From contig WGNE01000005.1 of assembly GCA_016124645.1 (NCBI GenBank), positions 6,103-70,102 of the forward strand: 64,000 bases of DNA, written 5' to 3'. Origin of the DNA: Alphaproteobacteria bacterium (GTDB lineage: Bacteria; Pseudomonadota; Alphaproteobacteria; Micavibrionales; UBA2020). Both the position numbers and the translations under genes were made by a program. A model generated the notes under the pieces. It did not search any database. It had not been told where the DNA came from and saw nothing but the letters and a program-made list of their open reading frames with translations. Positions within the stretch are counted from its first letter, which is position 1, and every line of letters begins with the position of its first letter. Of the stretch, positions 10,201 through 19,038 are shown one piece after another.

Positions 10201-10889
10201 CCGGGCTGGTGGTTTTCGACGTCGATGGCACGATCCTCGATTCATACACGCTGTTCGAAAAGGCGGTGCACGACTATTCGCGCGAGAAGGGACTGCCCGC
10301 CCCGAACCTTGCCGCCATCCGCTTCGGCTACAGCGACCCGCGCAACCACGACTTCAAATGGGGCGTTTCGGTGGAGGAGCAGGTGCAGCACCTGCTGACC
10401 ATCTTCGACATGGTCGATGAATGGTCGATGTCGGGCGAGCATCACCGCACGCCGCTGCTCTTCGAGGGGGTGGAGGAGGCGCTGATGCGCCTGAAGGGCG
10501 CGGGCCACACGCTGGGCATCGTCACCTCCAAGCCCGAGGCGCCGCTTTTGCACCTGCTGAAATACCACGGCGTGCAGGACCTTTTCGCGACCCACCGCAA
10601 CTGGAACGACATCAAGCGGCGCGGCGAAAAGGAAAAGCCCGAGCCCGACATGCTGCAAAGCGTGATGCGCGAGCTGGGCTTCGCGCCCGAGCGCACGGTC
10701 ATGGTCGGCGATACGACGATGGACGTCAAAATGGGCCGCGCGGCGGGCGCGCATACCGTCGGCGTGTCATGGGGCATGCACCCGCGCGACTATCTTTCCG
10801 ACGCAGGCGCGCACCACATCGTGGATACGCATTTCAAGCACCTGCTGGAAGTCATCGACGGCATCTTCGCCGCGTCGAAAACCGCCTAG
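10197..10889 (+). CDS. HAD-IA family hydrolase (phosphoglycolate phosphatase-like)
   Basis: VVFDVDGTILDS, IVTSK, EKPEPD, MVGDTTMD; ATGA overlap with the upstream gene. Confidence 0.9.
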   Translation: MTGLVVFDVDGTILDSYTLFEKAVHDYSREKGLPAPNLAAIRFGYSDPRNHDFKWGVSVEEQVQHLLTIFDMVDEWSMSGEHHRTPLLFEGVEEALMRLKGAGHTLGIVTSKPEAPLLHLLKYHGVQDLFATHRNWNDIKRRGEKEKPEPDMLQSVMRELGFAPERTVMVGDTTMDVKMGRAAGAHTVGVSWGMHPRDYLSDAGAHHIVDTHFKHLLEVIDGIFAASKTA

Positions 10890-10905
10890 GAATAATTTAA
10901 AGCGC

Positions 10906-10941
10906 AAAAAACCGCCGCGGCATTTCCGCCGGGCGGTTTTT
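10906..10941. terminator. Bidirectional intrinsic terminator
   Basis: AAAAAACCGCC-GCGG-CATTT-CCGC-CG-GGCGGTTTTT between convergent genes. Confidence 0.8.
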
Positions 10942-10958
10942 GTCGGGCGCCTGCCGTG

Positions 10959-11339
10959 TTACCTCCCGTGGGAGGGCGGGCGGCGGCGGATTTCGGGGCG
11001 GGCCTGCGGCGCGATGTCGGGCCGCGCCTCGGTCTTTTCGACGAAGGGCTGCGCTGCGATCTTGCGCAGCGCGTTGTCCGTGCAGGCGATGATGGTTTTG
11101 CGCTCGTTCGCGACCAGCGTGCAGTCGCCGGTTTCCAGCAACAGGTTTTCGCGCATCAGGAATTCAAGGAGGTTCTGGTGGCACTGGCGTGCGTGGCGCA
11201 TGAACCGGTGAAAGTTCAGGCTCTTGTTCGCGCCCGGGTCTTCGACCAGGTTGTCGGGCATGGTGAATATGATCTCATGGGTGTTCAGCTTGGGACTACT
11301 GTCAGGGTCGGGTTTACTGGGACCGTTGTCGCTGTTCAT
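10959..11339 (-). CDS. Hypothetical small protein, propeptide/I9-like paralogue 1
   Basis: Shares L.[DE]FL.RENL and C...K...Q.FV with 11701..12024; overlaps the upstream gene's stop. Confidence 0.65.
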   Translation of the reverse strand: MNSDNGPSKPDPDSSPKLNTHEIIFTMPDNLVEDPGANKSLNFHRFMRHARQCHQNLLEFLMRENLLLETGDCTLVANERKTIIACTDNALRKIAAQPFVEKTEARPDIAPQARPEIRRRPPSHGR

Positions 11340-11692
11340 TATCGCTCCTTGCGGGGTTGTTTGTACTTGCGTCCGTCCGCGCGCCTTGCGCTGGCGGCCG
11401 CCGTCCTGTCCGTGGGTTTTTCCACGGATTGTATGCCGTCAAGCTTCTTGACCTTGGCGGCAAACTTCTCCGGCGCGTTCATGAAGAACACGCCAATCTT
11501 GTTGAGGGACCCGTCGTCGAACTTGACGCGGACCATGCGGCCGTAACCCTCGTCCCGCGCGAGCTGGCGGATGCGGGCGGCCATTTCCCTGATGTCCTCG
11601 GAAAAATCCTTCTTGCGCGAATATTTCGGGCGCAGGTTGATGGAATAGAGATAGCTCTTGGCTTTTTCGTTGAAATCCTGTTTCGGGGGCAT
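11339..11692 (-). CDS. Hypothetical small protein, propeptide/I9-like paralogue 2
   Basis: GVFFMNAPEKFAAKVKKLDGIQSVEK resembles the I9 C-terminal pattern; ATG 11692 follows a GGAG-like SD. Confidence 0.65.
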   Translation of the reverse strand: MPPKQDFNEKAKSYLYSINLRPKYSRKKDFSEDIREMAARIRQLARDEGYGRMVRVKFDDGSLNKIGVFFMNAPEKFAAKVKKLDGIQSVEKPTDRTAAASARRADGRKYKQPRKER

Positions 11693-11700
11693 GGCGTCTC

Positions 11701-12024
11701 TCAAAATCTGAAGGGGGGAGGTTTGCGCCCCGGCTTTTGCGCCGGCGCAGGCTGGTATTCCGCCACACCCGAGACGAAGGATTGCCGCTTGAGTTTTTCC
11801 GCCACTTCTTCCCCGCATTGCAGGACGATGGCGTTTTCATTCTGGAGGGGGACGATGGCGCGGACCTGGTCTTGCAGGTTCTCGCGGGTCAGGAAGTCGC
11901 GCAGGGCGCGCATGGTTTTTTTCTGCGCGTCGCCCATCTGCTGCATGATCTCGAGCGGGGATGTGCAAAAACCGCCCCCGCCGGGCCGCAATCTGACGTC
12001 GTAACTGACTTTGTACTGTTTCAT
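11701..12024 (-). CDS. Hypothetical small protein, propeptide/I9-like paralogue 3
   Basis: See paralogue 1; AT-rich upstream region. Confidence 0.65.
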   Translation of the reverse strand: MKQYKVSYDVRLRPGGGGFCTSPLEIMQQMGDAQKKTMRALRDFLTRENLQDQVRAIVPLQNENAIVLQCGEEVAEKLKRQSFVSGVAEYQPAPAQKPGRKPPPFRF

Positions 12025-12282
12025 TTTCTAACAAATATAGTGTCGCGCATCAGGCACCCGCGACTCAAGGCTAAAATCCATTTAAAGGATGCCATAATCT
12101 AGGAAAAATCCGGGGAAATGTCAATGTTTACAAAAGGCTTGGGGCGGCTCCGCGCCTCTCTTGGGGCTGGCGCGGGGCGGGATTGCGTGTTATTTCAAAG
12201 AGATGGGAAAAGCCCGCCCGGAGGCTCTTATTTTTTTAACATAAATTAATAGCGGCGGCGGGGGCATCGGGAAGACGAAAAC

Positions 12283-13146
12283 ATGGATATGGCGCAATTG
12301 CTTCTGGCGGCTCTGTTCATCCTCACCATCGGGCTTTTGGTGACGCTGAAGATGTGCAGCCTGCAGCTCGACCACCGCACCGCGCCGCTGTTCATCAGCG
12401 GCTGGACGCTGGCGGGGGTGGCGGCCGTCTCGCCGGTTTACGGGCATTTGCTGGCGCCGGGCTGGGCCGCGCTCGCCGCGCATCCGCTCTGGCTGTCGCT
12501 GGCGGTTTTGAAAGGCGCGCTGCTTTATGCGCTTTTCGTCGTCAGCCAGGCGCTGATGAAGGAAAGCCTGTCCTCCCGCCATTACGTGACGCCGCTTTCC
12601 ATCGGCGCGCTCACCCTGTTCAACGCCTTTTGCGGGGAGCATTTAAAGCCGCACGAGTGGTTTTCGGCCCTCGGGCTTTGCGCGCTGGCGGCGGGGTTCT
12701 TCCTGAAGGGGCATCTCTCCGACCTCGACCGGCGGGCGCGGTTTTCCTATCTCTTCCTCGTGCTGCTTTCGGCCTTTCTGGGCACCATCGACCAGATCGT
12801 GACCAAGGGCACCAACTGGTTCGTCCTGCTTTTGGTCTCCAACATCGTTTTGTTCGGTTTTTCGCTGGCGGTGAATATCCGCAACCTCGGCGTCTTGAAG
12901 GCCGCGCTCACCCACCGCTCGGCCGCGCTGGCCGGGTTCTTCTACGCGGCGACCGAGCTGGTGAAATTCTACCAGCAGGTCAGCATCAACCCCGTCAGCG
13001 TGGTGGTGACGGTGCAGGCCATGACCAAGCCGGTGATATTGCTGCTCAGCGCCCTCATCTGGAAGGAGCGCACGGTGAAAGAACAGCTTGTGTGGGGCGT
13101 GCTGGCTTTTGCCGTCACGCTGCCTTTATTCCTGTACGGCGGGTGA
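12283..13146 (+). CDS. DMT/EamA-like integral membrane protein
   Basis: About 10 hydrophobic helices in two halves; ALIWKERT..EQLVWG resembles the EamA end. Confidence 0.6.
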   Translation: MDMAQLLLAALFILTIGLLVTLKMCSLQLDHRTAPLFISGWTLAGVAAVSPVYGHLLAPGWAALAAHPLWLSLAVLKGALLYALFVVSQALMKESLSSRHYVTPLSIGALTLFNAFCGEHLKPHEWFSALGLCALAAGFFLKGHLSDLDRRARFSYLFLVLLSAFLGTIDQIVTKGTNWFVLLLVSNIVLFGFSLAVNIRNLGVLKAALTHRSAALAGFFYAATELVKFYQQVSINPVSVVVTVQAMTKPVILLLSALIWKERTVKEQLVWGVLAFAVTLPLFLYGG

Positions 13147-13175
13147 TATAATCGGGTCATGAGCAAGAGCGTGAA

Positions 13176-14357
13176 ATGAGCAAGAAACCGAAACCGCATG
13201 TCTTCGACATCATCCTCTTCGGCGGCGGGGTCGCCGGGCTTTGGCTGTGCAACACGCTGAAGCGCGCGGGCTATAACGTCATCCTCATCGAAAAGGACCG
13301 GCTGGGCAGCGGGCAGACGCTGGCCTCGCAGGGGATGATCCACGGCGGGCAGAAATACGTTTTGCAGGGCGCGGTCACCGGCCATGCGACCTCTCTCGCG
13401 AAAATGCCGGAACGCTGGAACGCGAGCTTCGAGGGCTGGGGGGAGATCGACCTCACCGCCGTCAAGATGATTTCCGACACCCAGATCATGTGGCCCGCGG
13501 GCTCCATCCTGTCGGACGTCGCGGTGCTGGGCGCGGCCAAGCTGGTCAATGCCGAAACCCGCAAGCTGAAAAAAGACGAATTTCCCGAGGTGCTGCGGCT
13601 GAAAAAGAAATTCAAGGGACCCGTCTATGAGCTGCCGGAAAAAGTGCTGGAGGTGCGCTCCCTCGTGCAGGCGCTGGCCGCGCCGCTGAAGGGCAGGCTT
13701 TTGAAGGGCGAGCTGACCGAGCTTTTGCCGGACGGGCAATGCGCCGTTTCCGGGCAGGTCTTGCGTGCGCAGCTCGTCGTCTTCACCGCCGGCACCGGGA
13801 ACGAAGACGCGCTGAAGCTGCTGAACGTGCAGGAAAAACAGACCCAGCGCCGCCCGCTCAGGCAAGTGATGGTGCGCAGCCTGCCCTATGCGCTCTACGG
13901 TCACGGCATCGTCGGCAACCCCAAGCCGCGCGTGACCGTGACCAGCCACGCGGACGGGCAGGGCGGCTACGTCTGGTACCTCGGCGGCGCCGTCGCGGAA
14001 GAGGGCGCGAAGATGGAGGAGGAAGAAACGCTGCGCTTCGCGCAAAAGGAAATGGCGGATATTTTTCCCGATATCGACTGGGAAAACAAGGAATGGGCGA
14101 CATGGTACGGCGACCGGGCCGAGCCTTTCGACGCCAAGGGCAGCCTGCCGCCCGGCCCGTTTTTGCACCAGCGCGGGCGCATCCTCATCGGCTGGCCGAC
14201 CAAGCTGACCTTCGCCCCCGCGCTTTCCGACCGCGTTTTCGACTGGCTGAAGGACAAGGACATCCGGCCGCTGGCGAAAACCGCGCCACCCGCCGCGCTG
14301 CAGACCGCCGACATCGCCTCCTACCCGTGGGAGGTCGCGACGTGGCGCAGGCTTTGA
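13176..14357 (+). CDS. FAD-dependent oxidoreductase
   Basis: IILFGGGVAGLW dinucleotide-binding motif, QTLASQGMIHGG, WPTKLTFAP. Confidence 0.85.
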   Translation: MSKKPKPHVFDIILFGGGVAGLWLCNTLKRAGYNVILIEKDRLGSGQTLASQGMIHGGQKYVLQGAVTGHATSLAKMPERWNASFEGWGEIDLTAVKMISDTQIMWPAGSILSDVAVLGAAKLVNAETRKLKKDEFPEVLRLKKKFKGPVYELPEKVLEVRSLVQALAAPLKGRLLKGELTELLPDGQCAVSGQVLRAQLVVFTAGTGNEDALKLLNVQEKQTQRRPLRQVMVRSLPYALYGHGIVGNPKPRVTVTSHADGQGGYVWYLGGAVAEEGAKMEEEETLRFAQKEMADIFPDIDWENKEWATWYGDRAEPFDAKGSLPPGPFLHQRGRILIGWPTKLTFAPALSDRVFDWLKDKDIRPLAKTAPPAALQTADIASYPWEVATWRRL

Positions 14358-14373
14358 AAAGGATATTTCGCAG

Positions 14374-15252
14374 ATGACGGACGAACCTGAAAATACGAAC
14401 AGGCCTGAAGGGGAGGGCGGCTTTTCCTCTCCCGCCTGCGCGGCGCATGAGGCCTCGCCCGCATACGCGGGCTACGCCAGCCTGCCGCAACGTCCCTTCG
14501 CCGCGACGGGCAAGAACGTGAGCCTGCTGGGGCTTGGCACCGTGAAATTCGGGCGCAACACCGGCGTGAAATACCCGGGCGGGGACGGCTTCGCCCTGCC
14601 GACGGACGCGCAGGTAGAAGAACTGCTCGATACCGCGCTTGCCTGCGGCATCAACCTGCTCGACACCGCCCCCGCTTACGGCGTGGCGGAAGAACGCCTC
14701 GGCAAGCTGCTGGGCAAGCGGCGGGAGCGGTTTTTTCTGGTCACCAAGACGGGCGAGGAATTCGACGGCGAAAAATCCGAATACGTCTTCACCGCCGAGC
14801 ACACGCGCATGAGCGTGGAGCGCAGCCTGAAACGGCTGGACACGGATTTTCTCGACTGCGTGCTGGTGCACAGCAACCGCGAGGACGTGAAGGTCATCAC
14901 CCAAACGCCGGCGCTTGAAACCCTCGCGCGGCTGAAAGAGGAAGGGCTCATCGGCAGCTTCGGCGTTTCGACCTATACGGTGGAAGGCGGCAGGCTGACG
15001 GTGGATATGTCCGACGCCGTCATGGTCGCCTATAACGCGGGTTATGTGGATGAAAAACCCGTCATCGATTACGCGCGCGAAAAGGGCAAGGCCGTGCTGG
15101 TGAAAAAAGGCCTCGCCTCTGGCCATGCGGCGGGGACGGCGGCGCAGAATATCCGGCTGGTGACGTCAACGCCCGGGGTCACCAGCCTCGTTTTCGGCAG
15201 CCTCAATCCGAAAAATATTCTTGCCAATGCGGCGGCGATCGGGCAAAACTAG
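14374..15252 (+). CDS. Aldo/keto reductase
   Basis: LGLGTVKFG, INLLDTAPAYGVAEERLG, LVTKTGE, SLKRLDTDFLDCVLVH. Confidence 0.9.
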   Translation: MTDEPENTNRPEGEGGFSSPACAAHEASPAYAGYASLPQRPFAATGKNVSLLGLGTVKFGRNTGVKYPGGDGFALPTDAQVEELLDTALACGINLLDTAPAYGVAEERLGKLLGKRRERFFLVTKTGEEFDGEKSEYVFTAEHTRMSVERSLKRLDTDFLDCVLVHSNREDVKVITQTPALETLARLKEEGLIGSFGVSTYTVEGGRLTVDMSDAVMVAYNAGYVDEKPVIDYAREKGKAVLVKKGLASGHAAGTAAQNIRLVTSTPGVTSLVFGSLNPKNILANAAAIGQN

Positions 15253-15287
15253 GGCCGTTTCATAATATTTTTTTCAGGAGCCCTATC

Positions 15288-15509
15288 ATGAGCCTTCTTC
15301 CCTCCGCCCGCGTCGAGCTGGACGAAAAGCTGGACGATGCCGACCGCGCCGAAACCTTAAGCAAAATCAAGGCCGTGAAGGGCGTGATCTCGAGCGCTTT
15401 CAACCAGAAAGCCAACGCCGTCGCCATCACCTACACCGGCGGCGACGTGCGCAAGGAAGTCGAGAAAATCCCCGGCGTGAAGGCCTTCAAGCCCTGGCGC
15501 GGTTTTTAA
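15288..15509 (+). CDS. Small hypothetical protein, ferredoxin/HMA-like fold without CxxC
   Basis: CAGGAG SD; KIKAVKGVISSAF..VAITY..VEKIPGVK beta-alpha pattern. Confidence 0.6.
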   Translation: MSLLPSARVELDEKLDDADRAETLSKIKAVKGVISSAFNQKANAVAITYTGGDVRKEVEKIPGVKAFKPWRGF

Positions 15510-15549
15510 CTATCTGATTTTCAATTAGAAAATTAGAGATTCAAGAAAC

Positions 15550-15578
15550 TTGGCATTTCCGGCGCATCCATATAGTAT
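15550..15578 (+). promoter_or_regulatory. Sigma70-like promoter for tRNA-Ser
   Basis: TTGGCA-17 nt-TAGTAT, about 40 nt upstream of the tRNA. Confidence 0.5.
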
Positions 15579-15619
15579 GTGACCGTTCCGCGCCGAAGGG
15601 CCGGAGATTCTTGATATGC

Positions 15620-15711
15620 GGAGACGTGGCCGAGTGGCTGAAGGCAACGGTTTGCTAAATCGTCATACGTGGTAACATGTATCGTGAGTTCGAATCTCAC
15701 CGTCTCCGCCA
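15620..15711 (+). tRNA. tRNA-Ser(GCT)
   Basis: Acceptor GGAGACG/CGTCTCC, anticodon arm ACGGT-TTGCTAA-ATCGT, long variable arm, TTCGAAT T-loop, discriminator G plus encoded CCA. Confidence 0.96.
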
Positions 15712-15720
15712 TTTTCTCCC

Positions 15721-17967
15721 CTATGTCTTTTCGTCCCCTACATTCGCTGCAAGGAAGTCCTTGACCTCTTCGTAGGCGCTCAGGATTTCGTCGGAGATTT
15801 CCCGCCGTTCCTGCGCGGTGGCGTCTTCCATGGCTTGCGCACGGTCGCAGAGCGCGGCCAGTTTTTTCGCGCCCAGCATGGCGGCGCCGCCCTTGAGTTT
15901 GTGCGCGGTTTCCGACCAGGCGGCGCTTTCCCCGTCGGTGCAAGTGGCGCGCAATTCCCCGATCATGCCGTCCGACTGGTCGAGGAAGATGCCGATCATC
16001 GGGCGGATGTCCTCCCCCTCCCCGGCGAATTGCGCGAGGGCGGCAAGGTCGATGACGCCCGCCGGGGCGCCTTTGCCGCCGTCTTCGGGCTTCTTCTTTT
16101 CGGGCAGGGTGAACCAGCGGCTGAAGACGAGGTTCAGCTCGTCGGGGTCGATGGGTTTTGAGACGAAGTCGTCCATGCCCGCGGCGAAGCACTTCTCGCG
16201 CGAGCCCATCATGGCGTCCGCCGTCATGGCGATGATGGGGATGCGCCTGTCCGTGCCTTTCTCGCTCTCGCGCACTTTGCGGCTGAAGTCGTATCCGCTC
16301 ATCTCCGGCATGTGGCAGTCGGTGATGATGGCGTCATAGGCGTTCTTCCTGTAAAGGTCCAGCGCTTCCGCGCCGTTGCGCGCGAAGTCGTAATTGTCGA
16401 TGGCTTCGCGCTGGAAGAGCTTTCGCATATAGGCCTCGTTGAGCGCGTGGTCCTCCACCAGCAGGAGGCGCGCGCCCATCAGCGGACGGCGCTGCTCTTC
16501 CGGCAGGAAGCTGGAAGGGTCGCGGTGGAAGACCTGCCGCGCCACGACGGGTCGCACGGGCGAGGTCTCGAAGGGAATGACGGCGGTGAAGACGGAGCCC
16601 TTGCCAAGCTCGCTTTCGACGCCGATGGCGCCGCCCATCATCTCGACCAGCTGCTTGGTGATGCTGAGGCCGAGACCCGTGCCGCCGAAGCGGCGCGTCA
16701 TGGAGGCGTCGGCCTGCGCGAACCGGTCGAAGACGGCGCCGACCCGGTCCGCCGCGATTCCGATGCCCGTGTCCGAGACGGCGAGGGTGACCTCGACATG
16801 GCTGTCGTCGATCTTCCGGCCGCGGATGGAGACCTTGACGCCGCCCTGCTCCGTGTACTTCACGGCGTTGCCGATGAGGTTCATCATGATGCGCCCGACG
16901 CGCAGCGGATCGCCCACGAGATAGGGGATGTCGTCGCCCGAGAACGCACAGGAAAGCCGCAGCCCCTTGCTGCTGCTGATCGGCATCATGGTTTCCATGA
17001 TGTCGTTGGAAACCTCCTGCAGGGCGAAGGGCAGCGATTCGAGCTTGAGCTCCTGCGCCTCGACCTTGGAAATGTCCAAGATGTCGTTGAGGATGTTGAG
17101 CAGGCTGTCGGCCGCGCGGTAGGCGACCTTGATCATCTCCCGGTGGTCCGGCGACAGGCTCTCGTCGTCGCACAGCAGGCGCGTCATGCCGAGGATGCTG
17201 TTCATCGGCGTGCGCAGCTCGTGCGACATATGCGCGAGGAAGTTCGACTTCGCCGCGTTCGCGGCCTCGACCTCGGCGAGCGACTTGTCGATGCGCCGCG
17301 CGATGTGGAACCACGCATAGGCGAGGGAGAGAAGGAAAGTGACGATGCCGGCCGCCAGCGCCCCCATTTGCAGGGAAACGAGCTGCCGGTTGCTGGCGGC
17401 GAAGCTGCTTGCGATGGCATGGACGGCGTCATCCTGCGCCTTCACCGCGTCGATGAGCCGCTTGTCCATTCCCGCGTGAAGCGAAGTGGCCGCCCCGTCG
17501 TCCGCCTGCGGCCGGAAAACGCCGTCGGCGGCCTTCTTGAGCTCTTCCCATCGCCCGCGCGCGGCAAGAATCTTTTCCCGGATGGCGGGCTCGGCGAAAG
17601 TCTGCACGGTGACCGCCCGCTTGCCGTCTTGCGAGGGGAATATCCGTCCCGTGTCCAGGAAGCCGTCGAAGTTCGCATCGATGATCCGGCGCACGTCCTG
17701 CGCCGCCGCGCGCGCCTCGGCGGCGGATTTGCCGTCGCGGGCGGCGCCGGAAAGCGCGGCGTCCTGCGCGTTATAGGCGTAGCGGGTCATCAGCATGCGC
17801 TGCAAGCCCGCGGCGTTGACGATGACGCTGCCGTCCTGCTGGCGGTGGGTATAGCTGCCGAGAAGGAGGGAGGAGGCGGCAAGCAAGGCAAGAAACGCCC
17901 CCAGAAGCCCGGCAAGATGCGTAAAGACCGCCTTGCCGGAATAAGCCATGCCCTTTTCTGCCATCAC
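15721..17967 (-). CDS. Hybrid sensor histidine kinase (PilJ/NarX-like sensor, HisKA, HATPase, REC, Hpt)
   Basis: VNAAGLQRML sensor motif between two TM helices; HMSHELRTP, NLIGNAVKYT, GGTGLGL; REC with ITDCHMP and FVSKP; Hpt AHKLKGGA. Confidence 0.92.
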   Translation of the reverse strand: MMAEKGMAYSGKAVFTHLAGLLGAFLALLAASSLLLGSYTHRQQDGSVIVNAAGLQRMLMTRYAYNAQDAALSGAARDGKSAAEARAAAQDVRRIIDANFDGFLDTGRIFPSQDGKRAVTVQTFAEPAIREKILAARGRWEELKKAADGVFRPQADDGAATSLHAGMDKRLIDAVKAQDDAVHAIASSFAASNRQLVSLQMGALAAGIVTFLLSLAYAWFHIARRIDKSLAEVEAANAAKSNFLAHMSHELRTPMNSILGMTRLLCDDESLSPDHREMIKVAYRAADSLLNILNDILDISKVEAQELKLESLPFALQEVSNDIMETMMPISSSKGLRLSCAFSGDDIPYLVGDPLRVGRIMMNLIGNAVKYTEQGGVKVSIRGRKIDDSHVEVTLAVSDTGIGIAADRVGAVFDRFAQADASMTRRFGGTGLGLSITKQLVEMMGGAIGVESELGKGSVFTAVIPFETSPVRPVVARQVFHRDPSSFLPEEQRRPLMGARLLLVEDHALNEAYMRKLFQREAIDNYDFARNGAEALDLYRKNAYDAIITDCHMPEMSGYDFSRKVRESEKGTDRRIPIIAMTADAMMGSREKCFAAGMDDFVSKPIDPDELNLVFSRWFTLPEKKKPEDGGKGAPAGVIDLAALAQFAGEGEDIRPMIGIFLDQSDGMIGELRATCTDGESAAWSETAHKLKGGAAMLGAKKLAALCDRAQAMEDATAQERREISDEILSAYEEVKDFLAANVGDEKT

Positions 17968-18241
17968 GCCCTCCTCTTTTCAGGCAACAAGCGACCAAGC
18001 CTGCGCGCCTTTCTTTTTATGCCCTCCCCCACCTGCCGATGGGGGTTATTCCTTCGCATGCTCGTGAATTCTTGACGGAAGCGATCTCCTTGGCTTTCGT
18101 CCCCTTGTTCTGACCATCGGTTTCTATGAGATTCATTGATACGGTGGGAGCCTTTGCAGGGCAAGAGGAAACTATTTATGCATTGGAAAATAAAGAACTT
18201 TCGGTAGGGCGTGCAGTTGCAAGTCCGGTGAGCTGTGCGAC

Positions 18242-18280
18242 AAAAAACGCCCCCGGCGCATTTGCCGGGGGCGTTTTTTT
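18242..18280. terminator. Strong intrinsic terminator downstream of bcsS
   Basis: AAAAAACGCCCCCGGC-GCATTT-GCCGGGGGCGTTTTTTT perfect stem. Confidence 0.9.
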
Positions 18281-18301
18281 GTCGTTCCGTTTGGGCGCGG
18301 C

Positions 18302-19012
18302 TTAGAAGTCGGCGCCGAAGGAGATGCCGCCATAGCCGCCGTCAGCGCCGCGGCCGCGGGTATTGGCCACGCCGCCGTAGAGGCGCGCGGTGGCGAAGCC
18401 GATATGCACGCCGGAAATCGCGCCGCCGAAGCGGGACTGGTCATAGGACTTGTTGCCCATGAGCAGCGCTTCGGGACCGATGGCGAAGGGGCCGAAGTTG
18501 TAGGAGGCGTCAAAGCGCGTCCAGTAGCTGTCGTAGGCGGTGGAGTAGGAGCCCATCGCGCCGAGCGCAATCTTGTCCGCCGCGTTGACGTTCATTTCCA
18601 GCAGGCCTTTCACGCCGCCCTGCGAACCGTGGACCTTGGTGCCGGGGTCGTTGGGGCTGAGGTGATAGTGCTGGTAATCGCCGCCAAGGTAGCCCTTGAT
18701 GCTGCCCTTGTCGAAGAAATGGCCGTAGCCGACCATCAGGTCGCCCGACGTGACGGCGCCATCGACGCCGCCGGCGACCAGAACGGTGTTGTAGTCGAAT
18801 TCCCCGTAACCGGCGGAAGCGCGCAGCAGCCAGCCGTCGCGGGCGGTGATGTCCTGGTTCTGCAGCGCCGTGACGACGCCGAGATAGGCGTAATAGGAAT
18901 TGGGGGCGAAGTCCACGCCCGTCCACGCGCCGGTGCGGCCCGCTTCGGCGGACTGGATGCCGGCCATGAGGCAGACGGCGACGGCGAGTGCGGAAAGAAG
19001 TTTTTTCGACAT
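18302..19012 (-). CDS. bcsS: BcsS-like outer-membrane beta-barrel protein
   Basis: Sec signal peptide; DGWLLRASAGYGEFDY, GDLMVGY, SYSTAYDSYWTR, IGPEALLMGNKSYDQSRFG match the BcsS family as I recall it; terminal Phe. Confidence 0.75.
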   Translation of the reverse strand: MSKKLLSALAVAVCLMAGIQSAEAGRTGAWTGVDFAPNSYYAYLGVVTALQNQDITARDGWLLRASAGYGEFDYNTVLVAGGVDGAVTSGDLMVGYGHFFDKGSIKGYLGGDYQHYHLSPNDPGTKVHGSQGGVKGLLEMNVNAADKIALGAMGSYSTAYDSYWTRFDASYNFGPFAIGPEALLMGNKSYDQSRFGGAISGVHIGFATARLYGGVANTRGRGADGGYGGISFGADF

Positions 19013-19038
19013 GAGGATATCCCTGTGCTTTTTAAGTC

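Noticed and set aside
12236-12249. Possible CtrA box TTAA-CATAAA-TTAA
   Set aside because: The spacer is 6 nt, not the canonical 7.
15620-15720. tRNA-Ser as the attachment site of an integrated island
   Set aside because: No integrase or transposase, and I saw no duplicate of the tRNA 3' end in the window.
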